This document shows positions 10,879-25,300 of a stretch of 64,000 nucleotides of DNA, piece by piece. Origin of the DNA: Auanema rhodensis (taxonomy: Eukaryota > Animalia > Nematoda). The position numbers and the translations under genes were made by a program. The notes below the pieces were generated by a model. It worked only from the letters and a program-made list of their open reading frames with translations. It was not told the DNA's origin and searched no databases. Numbering within the stretch: the stretch's first letter is position 1; every line of letters begins with the position of its first letter. The stretch is taken from positions 18,166,001 to 18,230,000 of the forward strand of contig OZ059898.1 in NCBI GenBank assembly GCA_964057225.1, read 5' to 3'.

Positions 10879-13335
10879 ATTTTCACCCTGAAGAATTAAT
10901 TTTTTCGTTGAATAACATTGTCCATCGTCTTTGCCTTGAAAAAAGGAATCTAAAAACATCTACTTTTTGCTAAATTATTTTGAAATTTTTTGAAAAAATT
11001 TTTGTCAAAATGTTTTTGGAAGCAATGTTGAGTGTACATGGAAACTCAACATACACTAATGCATCATTTTTCAAACGATCATAACTAATTTTTGTATAAA
11101 GCGTTTCTCAATGTAGTATAGTGCATTCGATGCGGATTTTTAAGCTGCGTCGATCTGTGTTATCAGATTTGCGCTAGCTTAAAAATGCACCGAGATATCA
11201 ACTGATATAAGTTCACACTTATTTCCTCGATTTTCACCCTGAAGAATTAATTTTTTCGTTGAATAACATTGTCCATCGTCTTTGCCTTGAAAAAAGGAAT
11301 CTAAAAACATCTACTTTTTGCTAAATTATTTTGAAATTTTTTGAAAAAATTTTTGTCAAAATGTTTTTGGAAGCAATGTTGAGTGTACATGGAAACTCAA
11401 CATACACTAATGCATCATTTTTCAAACGATCATAACTAATTTTTGTATAAAGCGTTTCTCAATGTAGTATAGTGCATTCGATGCGGATTTTTAAGCTGCG
11501 TCGATCTGTGTTATCAGATCTGCGCTAGCTTAAAAATGCACCGAGATATCAACTGATATAAGTTCACACTTATTTCCTCGATTTTCACCCTGAAGAATTA
11601 ATTTTTTCGTTGAATAACATTGTCCATCGTCTTTGCCTTGAAAAAAGGAATCTAAAAACATCTTCTTTTTGCTAAATTATTTTGAAATTTTTTGAAAAAA
11701 TTTTTGTCAAAATGTTTTTGGAAGCAATGTTGAGTGTACATGGAAACTCAACATACACTAATGCATCATTTTTCAAACGATCATAACTAATTTTTGTATA
11801 AAGCGTTTCTCAATGTAGTATAGTGCATTCGATGCGGATTTTTAAGCTGCGTCGATCTGTGTTATCAGATTTGCGCTAGCTTAAAAATGCACCGAGATAT
11901 CAACTGATATAAGTTCACACTTATTTCCTCGATTTTCACCCTGAAGAATTAATTTTTTCGTTGAATAACATTGTCCATCGTCTTTGCCTTGAAAAAAGGA
12001 ATCTAAAAACATCTACTTTTTGCTAAATTATTTTGAAATTTTTTGAAAAAATTTTTGTCAAAATGTTTTTGGAAGCAATGTTGAGTGTACATGGAAACTC
12101 AACATACACTAATGCATCATTTTTCAAACGATCATAACTAATTTTTGTATAAAGCGTTTCTCAATGTAGTATAGTGCATTCGATGCGGATTTTTAAGCTG
12201 CGTCGATCTGTGTTATCAGATTTGCGCTAGCTTAAAAATGCACCGAGATATCAACTGATATAAGTTCACACTTATTTCCTCGATTTTCACCCTGAAGAAT
12301 TAATTTTTTCGTTGAATAACATTGTCCATCGTCTTTGCCTTGAAAAAAGGAATCTAAAAACATCTACTTTTTGCTAAATTATTTTGAAATTTTTTGAAAA
12401 AATTTTTGTCAAAATGTTTTTGGAAGCAATGTTGAGTGTACATGGAAACTCAACATACACTAATGCATCATTTTTCAAACGATCATAACTAATTTTTGTA
12501 TTAAGCGTTTCTCAATGTAGTATAGTGCATTCGATGCGGATTTTTAAGCTGCGTCGATCTGTGTTATCAGATTTGCGCTAGCTTAAAAATGCACCGAGAT
12601 ATCAACTGATATAAGTTCACACTTATATCCTCGATTTTCACCCTGAAGAATTAATTTTTTCGTTGAATAACATTGTCCATCGTCTTTGCCTTGAAAAAAG
12701 GAATCTAAAAACATCTTCTTTTTGCTAAATTATTTTGAAATTTTTTGAAAAAATTTTTGTCAAAATGTTTTTGGAAGCAATGTTGAGTGTACATGGAAAC
12801 TCAACATACACTAATGCATCATTTTTCAAACGATCATAACTAATTTTTGTATTAAGCGTTTCTCAATGTAGTATAGTGCATTCGATGCGGATTTTTAAGC
12901 TGCGTCGATCTGTGTTATCAGATTTGCGCTAGCTTAAAAATGCACCGAGATATCAACTGATATAAGTTCACACTTATATCCTCGATTTTCACCCTGAAGA
13001 ATTAATTTTTTCGTTGAATAACATTGTCCATCGTCTTTGCCTTGAAAAAAGGAATCTAAAAACATCTTCTTTTTGCTAAATTATTTTGAAATTTTTTGAA
13101 AAAATTTTTGTCAAAATGTTTTTGGAAGCAATGTTGAGTGTAAATGGAAACTCAACATACACTAATGCATCATTTTTCAAACGATCATAACTAATTTTTG
13201 TATAAAGCGTTTCTCAATTTAGTATAGTGCATTCGATGCGGATTTTTAAGCTGCGTCGATCTGTGTTATCAGATTTGCGCTAGCTTAAAAATGCACCGAG
13301 ATATCAACTGATATAAGTTCACACTTATTTCCTCG

Positions 13336-16300
13336 ATTTTCACCATGAAGAATTAATTTTTTCGTTGAATAACATTGTCCATCGTCTTTGCCTTGAAAAA
13401 AGGAATCTAAAAACATCTTCTTTTTGCTAAATTATCTTGAAATTTTTTGAAAAAATTTTTGTCAAAATGTTTTTGGAAGCAATGTTGAGTGTACATGGAA
13501 ACTCAACATACACTAATGCATCATTTTTCAAACGATCATAACTAATTTTTGTATGAAGCGTTTTTCAATGTAGTATAGTGCATTCGATGCGGATTTTTAA
13601 GCTGCGTCGATCTGTGTTATCAGATTTGCGCTAGCTTAAAAATGCACCGAGATATCAACTGATATAAGTTCACACTTATATCCTCGATTTTCACCCTGAA
13701 GAATTAATTTTTTCGTTGAAAAACATTGTCCATCGTGTTTGCCTTGAAAAAAGAAATCTAAAAACATCTACTTTCTGCTAAATTATTTTGAAATTTTTCG
13801 AAAAAATTTTTGTCAAAATGTTTTTGGAAGCAATGTTGAGTGTACATGGAAACTCAACATACACTAATGCATCATTTTTCAAACGATCATAACTAATTTT
13901 TGTATAAAGCGTTTCTCAATGTAGTATAGTGCATTCGATGCGGATTTTTAAGCTGCGTCGATCTGTATTATCAGATTTGCGCTAGCTTAAAAATGCACCG
14001 AGATATCAACTGATATAAGTTCACACTTATATCCTCGATTTTCACCCTGAAGAATTAATTTTTTCGTTGAAAAACATTGTCCATCGTGTTTGCCTTGAAA
14101 AAAGAAATCTAAAAACATCTACTTTTTGCTAAATTATTTTGAAATTTTTCGAAAAAATTTTTGTCAAAATGTTTTTGGAAGCAATGTTGAGTGTACATGG
14201 AAACTCAACATACACTAATGCATCATTTTTCAAACGATCATAACTAATTTTTGTATTAAGCGTTTCTCAATGTAGTATAGTGCATTCGATGCGGATTTTT
14301 AAGCTGCGTCGATCTGTGTTATCAGATTTGCGCTAGCTTAAAAATGCACCGAGATATCAACTGATATAAGTTCACACTTATTTCCTCGATTTTCACCCTG
14401 AAGAATTAATTTTTTCGTTGAATAACATTGTCCATCGTCTTTGCCTTGAAAAAAGGAATCTAAAAACATCTTCTTTTTGCTAAATTATCTTGAAATTTTT
14501 TGAAAAAATTTTTGTCAAAATGTTTTTGGAAGCAATGTTGAGTGTACATGGAAACTCAACATACACTAATGCATCATTTTTCAAACGATCATAACTAATT
14601 TTTGTATAAAGCGTTTTTCAATGTAGTATAGTGCATTCGATGCGGATTTTTAAGCTGCGTCGATCTGTGTTATCAGATTTGCGCTAGCTTAAAAATGCAC
14701 CGAGATATCAACTGATATAAGTTCACACTTATTTCCTCGATTTTCACCCTGAAGAATTAATTTTTTCGTTGAATAACATTGTCCATCGTCTTTGCCTTGA
14801 AAAAAGGAATCTAAAAACATCTACTTTTTGCTAAATTATTTTGAAATTTTTTGAAAACATTTTTGTCAAAATGTTTTTGGAAGCAATGTTGAGTGTACAT
14901 GGAAACTCAACATACACTAATGCATCATTTTTCAAACGATCATAACTAATTTTTGTATAAAGCGTTTCTCAATGTAGTATAGTGCATTCGATGCGGATTT
15001 TTAAGCTGCGTCGATCTGTGTTATCAGATTTGCGCTAGCTTAAAAATGCACCGAGATATCAACTGATATAAGTTCACACTTATTTCCTCGATTTTCACCC
15101 TGAAGAATTAATTTTTTCGTTGAATAACATTGTCCATCGTCTTTGCCTTGAAAAAAGGAATCTAAAAACATCTTCTTTTTGCTAAATTATTTTGAAATTT
15201 TTTGAAAAAATTTTTGTCAAAATGTTTTTGGAAGCAATGTTGAGTGTACATGGAAACTCAACATACACTAATGCATCATTTTTCAAACGATCATAACTAA
15301 TTTTTGTATAAAGCGTTTCTCAATGTAGTATAGTGCATTCGATGCGGATTTTTAAGCTGCGTCGATCTGTATTATCAGATTTGCGCTAGCTTAAAAATGC
15401 ACCGAGATATCAACTGATATAAGTTCACACTTATATCCTCGATTTTCACCCTGAAGAATTAATTTTTTTGTTGAATAACATTGTCCATCGTCTTTGCCTT
15501 GAAAAAAGGAATCTAAAAACATTTACATTTTGCTAAATTATTTTGAAATTTTTTGAAAAAATTTTTGTCAAAATGTTTTTGGAAGCAATGTTGAGTGTAC
15601 ATGGAAACTCAACATACACTAATGCATCATTTTTCAAACGATCATAACTAATTTTTGTATAAAGCGTTTCTCAATGTAGTATAGTGCATTCGATGCGGAT
15701 TTTTAAGCTGCGTCGATCTGTGTTATCAGATTTGCGCTAGCTTAAAAATGCACCGAGATATCAACTGATATAAGTTCACACTTATATCCTCGATTTTCAC
15801 CCTGAAGAATTAATTTTTTTGTTGAATAACATTGTCCATCGTCTTTGCCTTGAAAAAAGGAATCTAAAAACATTTACATTTTGCTAAATTATTTTGAAAT
15901 TTTTTGAAAAAATTTTTGTCAAAATGTTTTTGGAAGCAATGTTGAGTGTACATGGAAACTCAACATACACTAATGCATCATTTTTCAAACGATCATAACT
16001 AATTTTTGTATTAAGCGTTTCTCAATGTAGTCAAGTGCATTCGATGCGGATTTTTAAGCTGCGTCGATCTGTGTTATCAGATTTGCGCTAGCTTAAAAAT
16101 GCACCGAGATATCAACTGATATAAGTTCACACTTATATCCTCGATTTTCACCCTGAAGAATTAATTTTTTCGTTGAAAAACATTGTCCATCGTGTTTGCC
16201 TTGAAAAAAGAAATCTAAAAACATCTACTTTTTGCTAAATTATTTTGAAATTTTTCGAAAAAATTTTTGTCAAAATGTTTTTGGAAGCAATGTTGAGTGT

Positions 16301-19300
16301 ACATGGAAACTCAACATACACTAATGCATCATTTTTCAAACGATCATAACTAATTTTTGTATGAAGCGTTTTTCAATGTAGTATAGTGCATTCGATGCGG
16401 ATTTTTAAGCTGCGTCGATCTGTGTTATCAGATTTGCGCTAGCTTAAAAATGCACCGAGATATCAACTGATATAAGTTCACACTTATATCCTCGATTTTC
16501 ACCCTGAAGAATTAATTTTTTCGTTGAAAAACATTGTCCATCGTGTTTGCCTTGAAAAAAGAAATCTAAAAACATCTACTTTTTGCTAAATTATTTTGAA
16601 ATTTTTCGAAAAAATTTTTGTCAAAATGTTTTTGGAAGCAATGTTGAGTGTACATGGAAACTCAACATACACTAATGCATCATTTTTCAAACGATCATAA
16701 CTAATTTTTGTATTAAGCGTTTCTCAATGTAGTATAGTGCATTCGATGCGGATTTTTAAGCTGCGTCGATCTGTGTTATCAGATTTGCGCTAGCTTAAAA
16801 ATGCACCGAGATATCAACTGATATAAGTTCACACTTATTTCCTCGATTTTCACCCTGAAGAATTAATTTTTTCGTTGAATAACATTGTCCATCGTCTTTG
16901 CCTTGAAAAAAGGAATCTAAAAACATCTTCTTTTTGCTAAATTATCTTGAAATTTTTTGAAAAAATTTTTGTCAAAATGTTTTTGGAAGCAATGTTGAGT
17001 GTACATGGAAACTCAACATACACTAATGCATCATTTTTCAAACGATCATAACTAATTTTTGTATAAAGCGTTTTTCAATGTAGTATAGTGCATTCGATGC
17101 GGATTTTTAAGCTGCGTCGATCTGTGTTATCAGATTTGCGCTAGCTTAAAAATGCACCGAGATATCAACTGATATAAGTTCACACTTATTTCCTCGATTT
17201 TCACCCTGAAGAATTAATTTTTTCGTTGAATAACATTGTCCATCGTCTTTGCCTTGAAAAAAGGAATCTAAAAACATCTACTTTTTGCTAAATTATTTTG
17301 AAATTTTTTGAAAAAATTTTTGTCAAAATGTTTTTGGAAGCAATGTTGAGTGTACATGGAAACTCAACATACACTAATGCATCATTTTTCAAACGATCAT
17401 AACTAATTTTTGTATAAAGCGTTTCTCAATGTAGTATAGTGCATTCGATGCGGATTTTTAAGCTGCGTCGATCTGTGTTATCAGATTTGCGCTAGCTTAA
17501 AAATGCACCGAGATATCAACTGATATAAGTTCACACTTATTTCCTCGATTTTCACCCTGAAGAATTAATTTTTTCGTTGAATAACATTGTCCATCGTCTT
17601 TGCCTTGAAAAAAGGAATCTAAAAACATCTTCTTTTTGCTAAATTATTTTGAAATTTTTTGAAAAAATTTTTGTCAAAATGTTTTTGGAAGCAATGTTGA
17701 GTGTACATGGAAACTCAACATACACTAATGCATCATTTTTCAAACGATCATAACTAATTTTTGTATAAAGCGTTTCTCAATGTAGTATAGTGCATTCGAT
17801 GCGGATTTTTAAGCTGCGTCGATCTGTATTATCAGATTTGCGCTAGCTTAAAAATGCACCGAGATATCAACTGATATAAGTTCACACTTATATCCTCGAT
17901 TTTCACCCTGAAGAATTAATTTTTTTGTTGAATAACATTGTCCATCGTCTTTGCCTTGAAAAAAGGAATCTAAAAACATTTACATTTTGCTAAATTATTT
18001 TGAAATTTTTTGAAAAAATTTTTGTCAAAATGTTTTTGGAAGCAATGTTGAGTGTACATGGAAACTCAACATACACTAATGCATCATTTTTCAAACGATC
18101 ATAACTAATTTTTGTATAAAGCGTTTCTCAATGTAGTATAGTGCATTCGATGCGGATTTTTAAGCTGCGTCGATCTGTGTTATCAGATTTGCGCTAGCTT
18201 AAAAATGCACCGAGATATCAACTGATATAAGTTCACACTTATATCCTCGATTTTCACCCTGAAGAATTAATTTTTTTGTTGAATAACATTGTCCATCGTC
18301 TTTGCCTTGAAAAAAGGAATCTAAAAACATTTACATTTTGCTAAATTATTTTGAAATTTTTTGAAAAAATTTTTGTCAAAATGTTTTTGGAAGCAATGTT
18401 GAGTGTACATGGAAACTCAACATACACTAATGCATCATTTTTCAAACGATCATAACTAATTTTTGTATTAAGCGTTTCTCAATGTAGTCAAGTGCATTCG
18501 ATGCGGATTTTTAAGCTGCGTCGATCTGTGTTATCAGATTTGCGCTAGCTTAAAAATGCACCGAGATATCAACTGATATAAGTTCACACTTATATCCTCG
18601 ATTTTCACCCTGAAGAATTAATTTTTTCGTTGAAAAACATTGTCCATCGTGTTTGCCTTGAAAAAAGAAATCTAAAAACATCTACTTTTTGCTAAATTAT
18701 TTTGAAATTTTTCGAAAAAATTTTTGTCAAAATGTTTTTGGAAGCAATGTTGAGTGTACATGGAAACTCAACATACACTAATGCATCATTTTTCAAACGA
18801 TCATAACTAATTTTTGTATAAAGCGTTTCTCAATGTAGTATAGTGCATTCGATGCGGATTTTTAAGCTGCGTCGATCTGTATTATCAGATTTGCGCTAGC
18901 TTAAAAATGCACCGAGATATCAACTGATATAAGTTCACACTTATATCCTCGATTTTCACCCTGAAGAATTAATTTTTTCGTTGAAAAACATTGTCCATCG
19001 TGTTTGCCTTGAAAAAAGAAATCTAAAAACATCTACTTTTTGCTAAATTATTTTGAAATTTTTCGAAAAAATTTTTGTCAAAATGTTTTTGGAAGCAATG
19101 TTGAGTGTACATGGAAACTCAACATACACTAATGCATCATTTTTCAAACGATCATAACTAATTTTTGTATGAAGCGTTTTTCAATGTAGTATAGTGCATT
19201 CGATGCGGATTTTTAAGCTGCGTCGATCTGTGTTATCAGATTTGCGCTAGCTTAAAAATGCACCGAGATATCAACTGATATAAGTTCACACTTATATCCT

Positions 19301-22300
19301 CGATTTTCACCCTGAAGAATTAATTTTTTCGTTGAAAAACATTGTCCATCGTGTTTGCCTTGAAAAAAGAAATCTAAAAACATCTACTTTTTGCTAAATT
19401 ATTTTGAAATTTTTCGAAAAAATTTTTGTCAAAATGTTTTTGGAAGCAATGTTGAGTGTACATGGAAACTCAACATACACTAATGCATCATTTTTCAAAC
19501 GATCATAACTAATTTTTGTATTAAGCGTTTCTCAATGTAGTATAGTGCATTCGATGCGGATTTTTAAGCTGCGTCGATCTGTGTTATCAGATTTGCGCTA
19601 GCTTAAAAATGCACCGAGATATCAACTGATATAAGTTCACACTTATTTCCTCGATTTTCACCCTGAAGAATTAATTTTTTCGTTGAATAACATTGTCCAT
19701 CGTCTTTGCCTTGAAAAAAGGAATCTAAAAACATCTTCTTTTTGCTAAATTATCTTGAAATTTTTTGAAAAAATTTTTGTCAAAATGTTTTTGGAAGCAA
19801 TGTTGAGTGTACATGGAAACTCAACATACACTAATGCATCATTTTTCAAACGATCATAACTAATTTTTGTATAAAGCGTTTTTCAATGTAGTATAGTGCA
19901 TTCGATGCGGATTTTTAAGCTGCGTCGATCTGTGTTATCAGATTTGCGCTAGCTTAAAAATGCACCGAGATATCAACTGATATAAGTTCACACTTATTTC
20001 CTCGATTTTCACCCTGAAGAATTAATTTTTTCGTTGAATAACATTGTCCATCGTCTTTGCCTTGAAAAAAGGAATCTAAAAACATCTACTTTTTGCTAAA
20101 TTATTTTGAAATTTTTTGAAAAAATTTTTGTCAAAATGTTTTTGGAAGCAATGTTGAGTGTACATGGAAACTCAACATACACTAATGCATCATTTTTCAA
20201 ACGATCATAACTAATTTTTGTATAAAGCGTTTCTCAATGTAGTATAGTGCATTCGATGCGGATTTTTAAGCTGCGTCGATCTGTGTTATCAGATTTGCGC
20301 TAGCTTAAAAATGCACCGAGATATCAACTGATATAAGTTCACACTTATTTCCTCGATTTTCACCCTGAAGAATTAATTTTTTCGTTGAAAAACATTGTCC
20401 ATCGTGTTTGCCTTGAAAAAAGAAATCTAAAAACATCTACTTTTTGCTAAATTATTTTGAAATTTTTCGAAAAAATTTTTGTCAAAATGTTTTTGGAAGC
20501 AATGTTGAGTGTACATGGAAACTCAACATACACTAATGCATCATTTTTCAAACGATCATAACTAATTTTTGTATTAAGCGTTTCTCAATGTAGTATAGTG
20601 CATTCGATGCGGATTTTTAAGCTGCGTCGATCTGTGTTATCAGATTTGCGCTAGCTTAAAAATGCACCGAGATATCAACTGATATAAGTTCACACTTATT
20701 TCCTCGATTTTCACCCTGAAGAATTAATTTTTTCGTTGAATAACATTGTCCATCGTCTTTGCCTTGAAAAAAGGAATCTAAAAACATCTTCTTTTTGCTA
20801 AATTATCTTGAAATTTTTTGAAAAAATTTTTGTCAAAATGTTTTTGGAAGCAATGTTGAGTGTACATGGAAACTCAACATACACTAATGCATCATTTTTC
20901 AAACGATCATAACTAATTTTTGTATAAAGCGTTTTTCAATGTAGTATAGTGCATTCGATGCGGATTTTTAAGCTGCGTCGATCTGTGTTATCAGATTTGC
21001 GCTAGCTTAAAAATGCACCGAGATATCAACTGATATAAGTTCACACTTATTTCCTCGATTTTCACCCTGAAGAATTAATTTTTTCGTTGAATAACATTGT
21101 CCATCGTCTTTGCCTTGAAAAAAGGAATCTAAAAACATCTACTTTTTGCTAAATTATTTTGAAATTTTTTGAAAAAATTTTTGTCAAAATGTTTTTGGAA
21201 GCAATGTTGAGTGTACATGGAAACTCAACATACAGTAATGCATCATTTTTCAAACGATCATAACTAATTTTTGTATAAAGCGTTTCTCAATGTAGTATAG
21301 TGCATTCGATGCGGATTTTTAAGCTGCGTCGATCTGTGTTATCAGATTTGCGCTAGCTTAAAAATGCACCGAGATATCAACTGATATAAGTTCACACTTA
21401 TTTCCTCGATTTTCACCCTGAAGAATTAATTTTTTCGTTGAATAACATTGTCCATCGTCTTTGCCTTGAAAAAAGGAATCTAAAAACATCTTCTTTTTGC
21501 TAAATTATTTTGAAATTTTTTGAAAAAATTTTTGTCAAAATGTTTTTGGAAGCAATGTTGAGTGTACATGGAAACTCAACATACACTAATGCATCATTTT
21601 TCAAACGATCATAACTAATTTTTGTATAAAGCGTTTCTCAATGTAGTATAGTGCATTCGATGCGGATTTTTAAGCTGCGTCGATCTGTATTATCAGATTT
21701 GCGCTAGCTTAAAAATGCACCGAGATATCAACTGATATAAGTTCACACTTATATCCTCGATTTTCACCCTGAAGAATTAATTTTTTTGTTGAATAACATT
21801 GTCCATCGTCTTTGCCTTGAAAAAAGGAATCTAAAAACATTTACATTTTGCTAAATTATTTTGAAATTTTTTGAAAAAATTTTTGTCAAAATGTTTTTGG
21901 AAGCAATGTTGAGTGTACATGGAAACTCAACATACACTAATGCATCATTTTTCAAACGATCATAACTAATTTTTGTATAAAGCGTTTCTCAATGTAGTAT
22001 AGTGCATTCGATGCGGATTTTTAAGCTGCGTCGATCTGTGTTATCAGATTTGCGCTAGCTTAAAAATGCACCGAGATATCAACTGATATAAGTTCACACT
22101 TATATCCTCGATTTTCACCCTGAAGAATTAATTTTTTTGTTGAATAACATTGTCCATCGTCTTTGCCTTGAAAAAAGGAATCTAAAAACATTTACATTTT
22201 GCTAAATTATTTTGAAATTTTTTGAAAAAATTTTTGTCAAAATGTTTTTGGAAGCAATGTTGAGTGTACATGGAAACTCAACATACACTAATGCATCATT

Positions 22301-25300
22301 TTTCAAACGATCATAACTAATTTTTGTATAAAGCGTTTCTCAATGTAGTATAGTGCATTCGATGCGGATTTTTAAGCTGCGTCGATCTGTGTTATCAGAT
22401 TTGCGCTAGCTTAAAAATGCACCGAGATATCAACTGATATAAGTTCACACTTATATCCTCGATTTTCACCCTGAAGAATTAATTTTTTCGTTGAAAAACA
22501 TTTTCCATCGTGTTTGCTTTGAAAAAAGGAATCTAAAAACATCTACTTTTTGCTAAATTATTTTGAAATTTTTTGAAAAAATTTTTGTCAAAATGTTTTT
22601 GGAAGCAATGTTGAGTGTACATGGAAACTCAACATACACTAATGCATCATTTTTCAAACGATCATAACTAATTTTTGTATAAAGCGTTTCTCAATGTAGT
22701 ATAGTGCATTCGATGCGGATTTTTAAGCTGCGTCGATCTGTGTTATCAGATTTGCGCTAGCTTAAAAATGCACCGAGATATCAACTGATATAAGTTCACA
22801 CTTATATCCTCGATTTTCACCCTGAAGAATTAATTTTTTTGTTGAATAACATTGTCCATCGTCTTTGCCTTGAAAAAAGGAATCTAAAAACATCTACTTT
22901 TTGCTAAATTATTTTGAAATTTTTCGAAAAAATTTTTGTCAAAATGTTTTTGGAAGCAATGTTGAGTGTACATGGAAACTCAACATACACTAATGCATCA
23001 TTTTTCAAACGATCATAACTAATTTTTGTATTAAGCGTTTCTCAATGTAGTATAGTGCATTCGATGCGGATTTTTAAGCTGCGTCGATCTGTATTATCAG
23101 ATTTGCGCTAGCTTAAAAATGCACCGAGATATCAACTGATATAAGTTCACACTTATATCCTCGATTTTCACCCTGAAGAATTAATTTTTTTGTTGAATAA
23201 CATTGTCCATCGTCTTTGCCTTGAAAAAAGGAATCTAAAAACATCTACTTTTTGCTAAATTATTTTGAAATTTTTTGAAAAAATTTTTGTCAAAATGTTT
23301 TTGGAAGCAATGTTGAGTGTACATGGAAACTCAACATACACTAATGCATCATTTTTCAAACGATCATAACTAATTTTTGTATAAAGCGTTTTTCAATGTA
23401 GTCAAGTGCATTCGATGCGGATTTTTAAGCTGCGTCGATCTGTGTTATCAGATTTGCGCTAGCTTAAAAATGCACCGAGATATCAACTGATATAAGTTCA
23501 CACTTATATCCTCGATTTTCACCCTGAAGAATTAATTTTTTCGTTGAAAAACATTGTCCATCGTGTTTGCCTTGAAAAAAGAAATCTAAAAACATCTACT
23601 TTTTGCTAAATTATTTTGAAATTTTTCGAAAAAATTTTTGTCAAAATGTTTTTGGAAGCAATGTTGAGTGTACATGGAAACTCAACATACATTAATGCAT
23701 CATTTTTCAAACGATCATAACTAATTTTTGTATTAAGCGTTTCTCAATGTAGTATAGTGCATTCGATGCGGATTTTTAAGCTGCGTCGATCTGTGTTATC
23801 AGATTTGCGCTAGCTTAAAAATGCACCGAGATATCAACTGATATAAGTTCACACTTATTTCCTCGATTTTCACCCTGAAGAATTAATTTTTTCGTTGAAA
23901 AACATTGTCCATCGTGTTTGCCTTGAAAAAAGAAATCTAAAAACATCTACTTTTTGCTAAATTATTTTGAAATTTTTCGAAAAAATTTTTGTCAAAATGT
24001 TTTTGGAAGCAATGTTGAGTGTACATGGAAACTCAACATACACTAATGCATCATTTTTCAAACGATCATAACTAATTTTTGTATTGAGCGTTTCTCAATG
24101 TAGTATAGTGCATTCGATGCGGATTTTTAAGCTGCGTCGATCTGTGTTATCAGATTTGCGCTAGCTTAAAAATGCACCGAGATATCAACTGATATAAGTT
24201 CACACTTATTTCCTCGATTTTCACCCCGAAGAATTAATTTTTTCGTTGAATAACATTGTCCATCGTCTTTGCCTTGAAAAAAGGAATCTAAAAACATTTA
24301 CATTTTGCTAAATTATTTTGAAATTTTTTGAAAAAATTTTTGTCAAAATGTTTTTGGAAGCAATGTTGAGTGTACATGGAAACTCAACATACACTAATGC
24401 ATCATTTTTCAAACGATCATAACTAATTTTTGTATAAAGCGTTTCTCAATGTAGTATAGTGCATTCGATGCGGATTTTTAAGCTGCGTCGATCTGTGTTA
24501 TCAGATTTGCGCTAGCTTAAAAATGCACCGAGATATCAACTGATATAAGTTCACACTTATATCCTCGATTTTCACCCTGAAGAATTAATTTTTTTGTTGA
24601 ATAACATTGTCCATCGTCTTTGCCTTGAAAAAAGGAATCTAAAAACATTTACATTTTGCTAAATTATTTTGAAATTTTTTGAAAAAATTTTTGTCAAAAT
24701 GTTTTTGGAAGCAATGTTGAGTGTACATGGAAACTCAACATACACTAATGCATCATTTTTCAAACGATCATAACTAATTTTTGTATTAAGCGTTTCTCAA
24801 TGTAGTCAAGTGCATTCGATGCGGATTTTTAAGCTGCGTCGATCTGTGTTATCAGATTTGCGCTAGCTTAAAAATGCACCGAGATATCAACTGATATAAG
24901 TTCACACTTATATCCTCGATTTTCACCCTGAAGAATTAATTTTTTCGTTGAAAAACATTGTCCATCGTGTTTGCCTTGAAAAAAGAAATCTAAAAACATC
25001 TACTTTTTGCTAAATTATTTTGAAATTTTTCGAAAAAATTTTTGTCAAAATGTTTTTGGAAGCAATGTTGAGTGTACATGGAAACTCAACATACACTAAT
25101 GCATCATTTTTCAAACGATCATAACTAATTTTTGTATAAAGCGTTTCTCAATGTAGTATAGTGCATTCGATGCGGATTTTTAAGCTGCGTCGATCTGTAT
25201 TATCAGATTTGCGCTAGCTTAAAAATGCACCGAGATATCAACTGATATAAGTTCACACTTATATCCTCGATTTTCACCCTGAAGAATTAATTTTTTCGTT

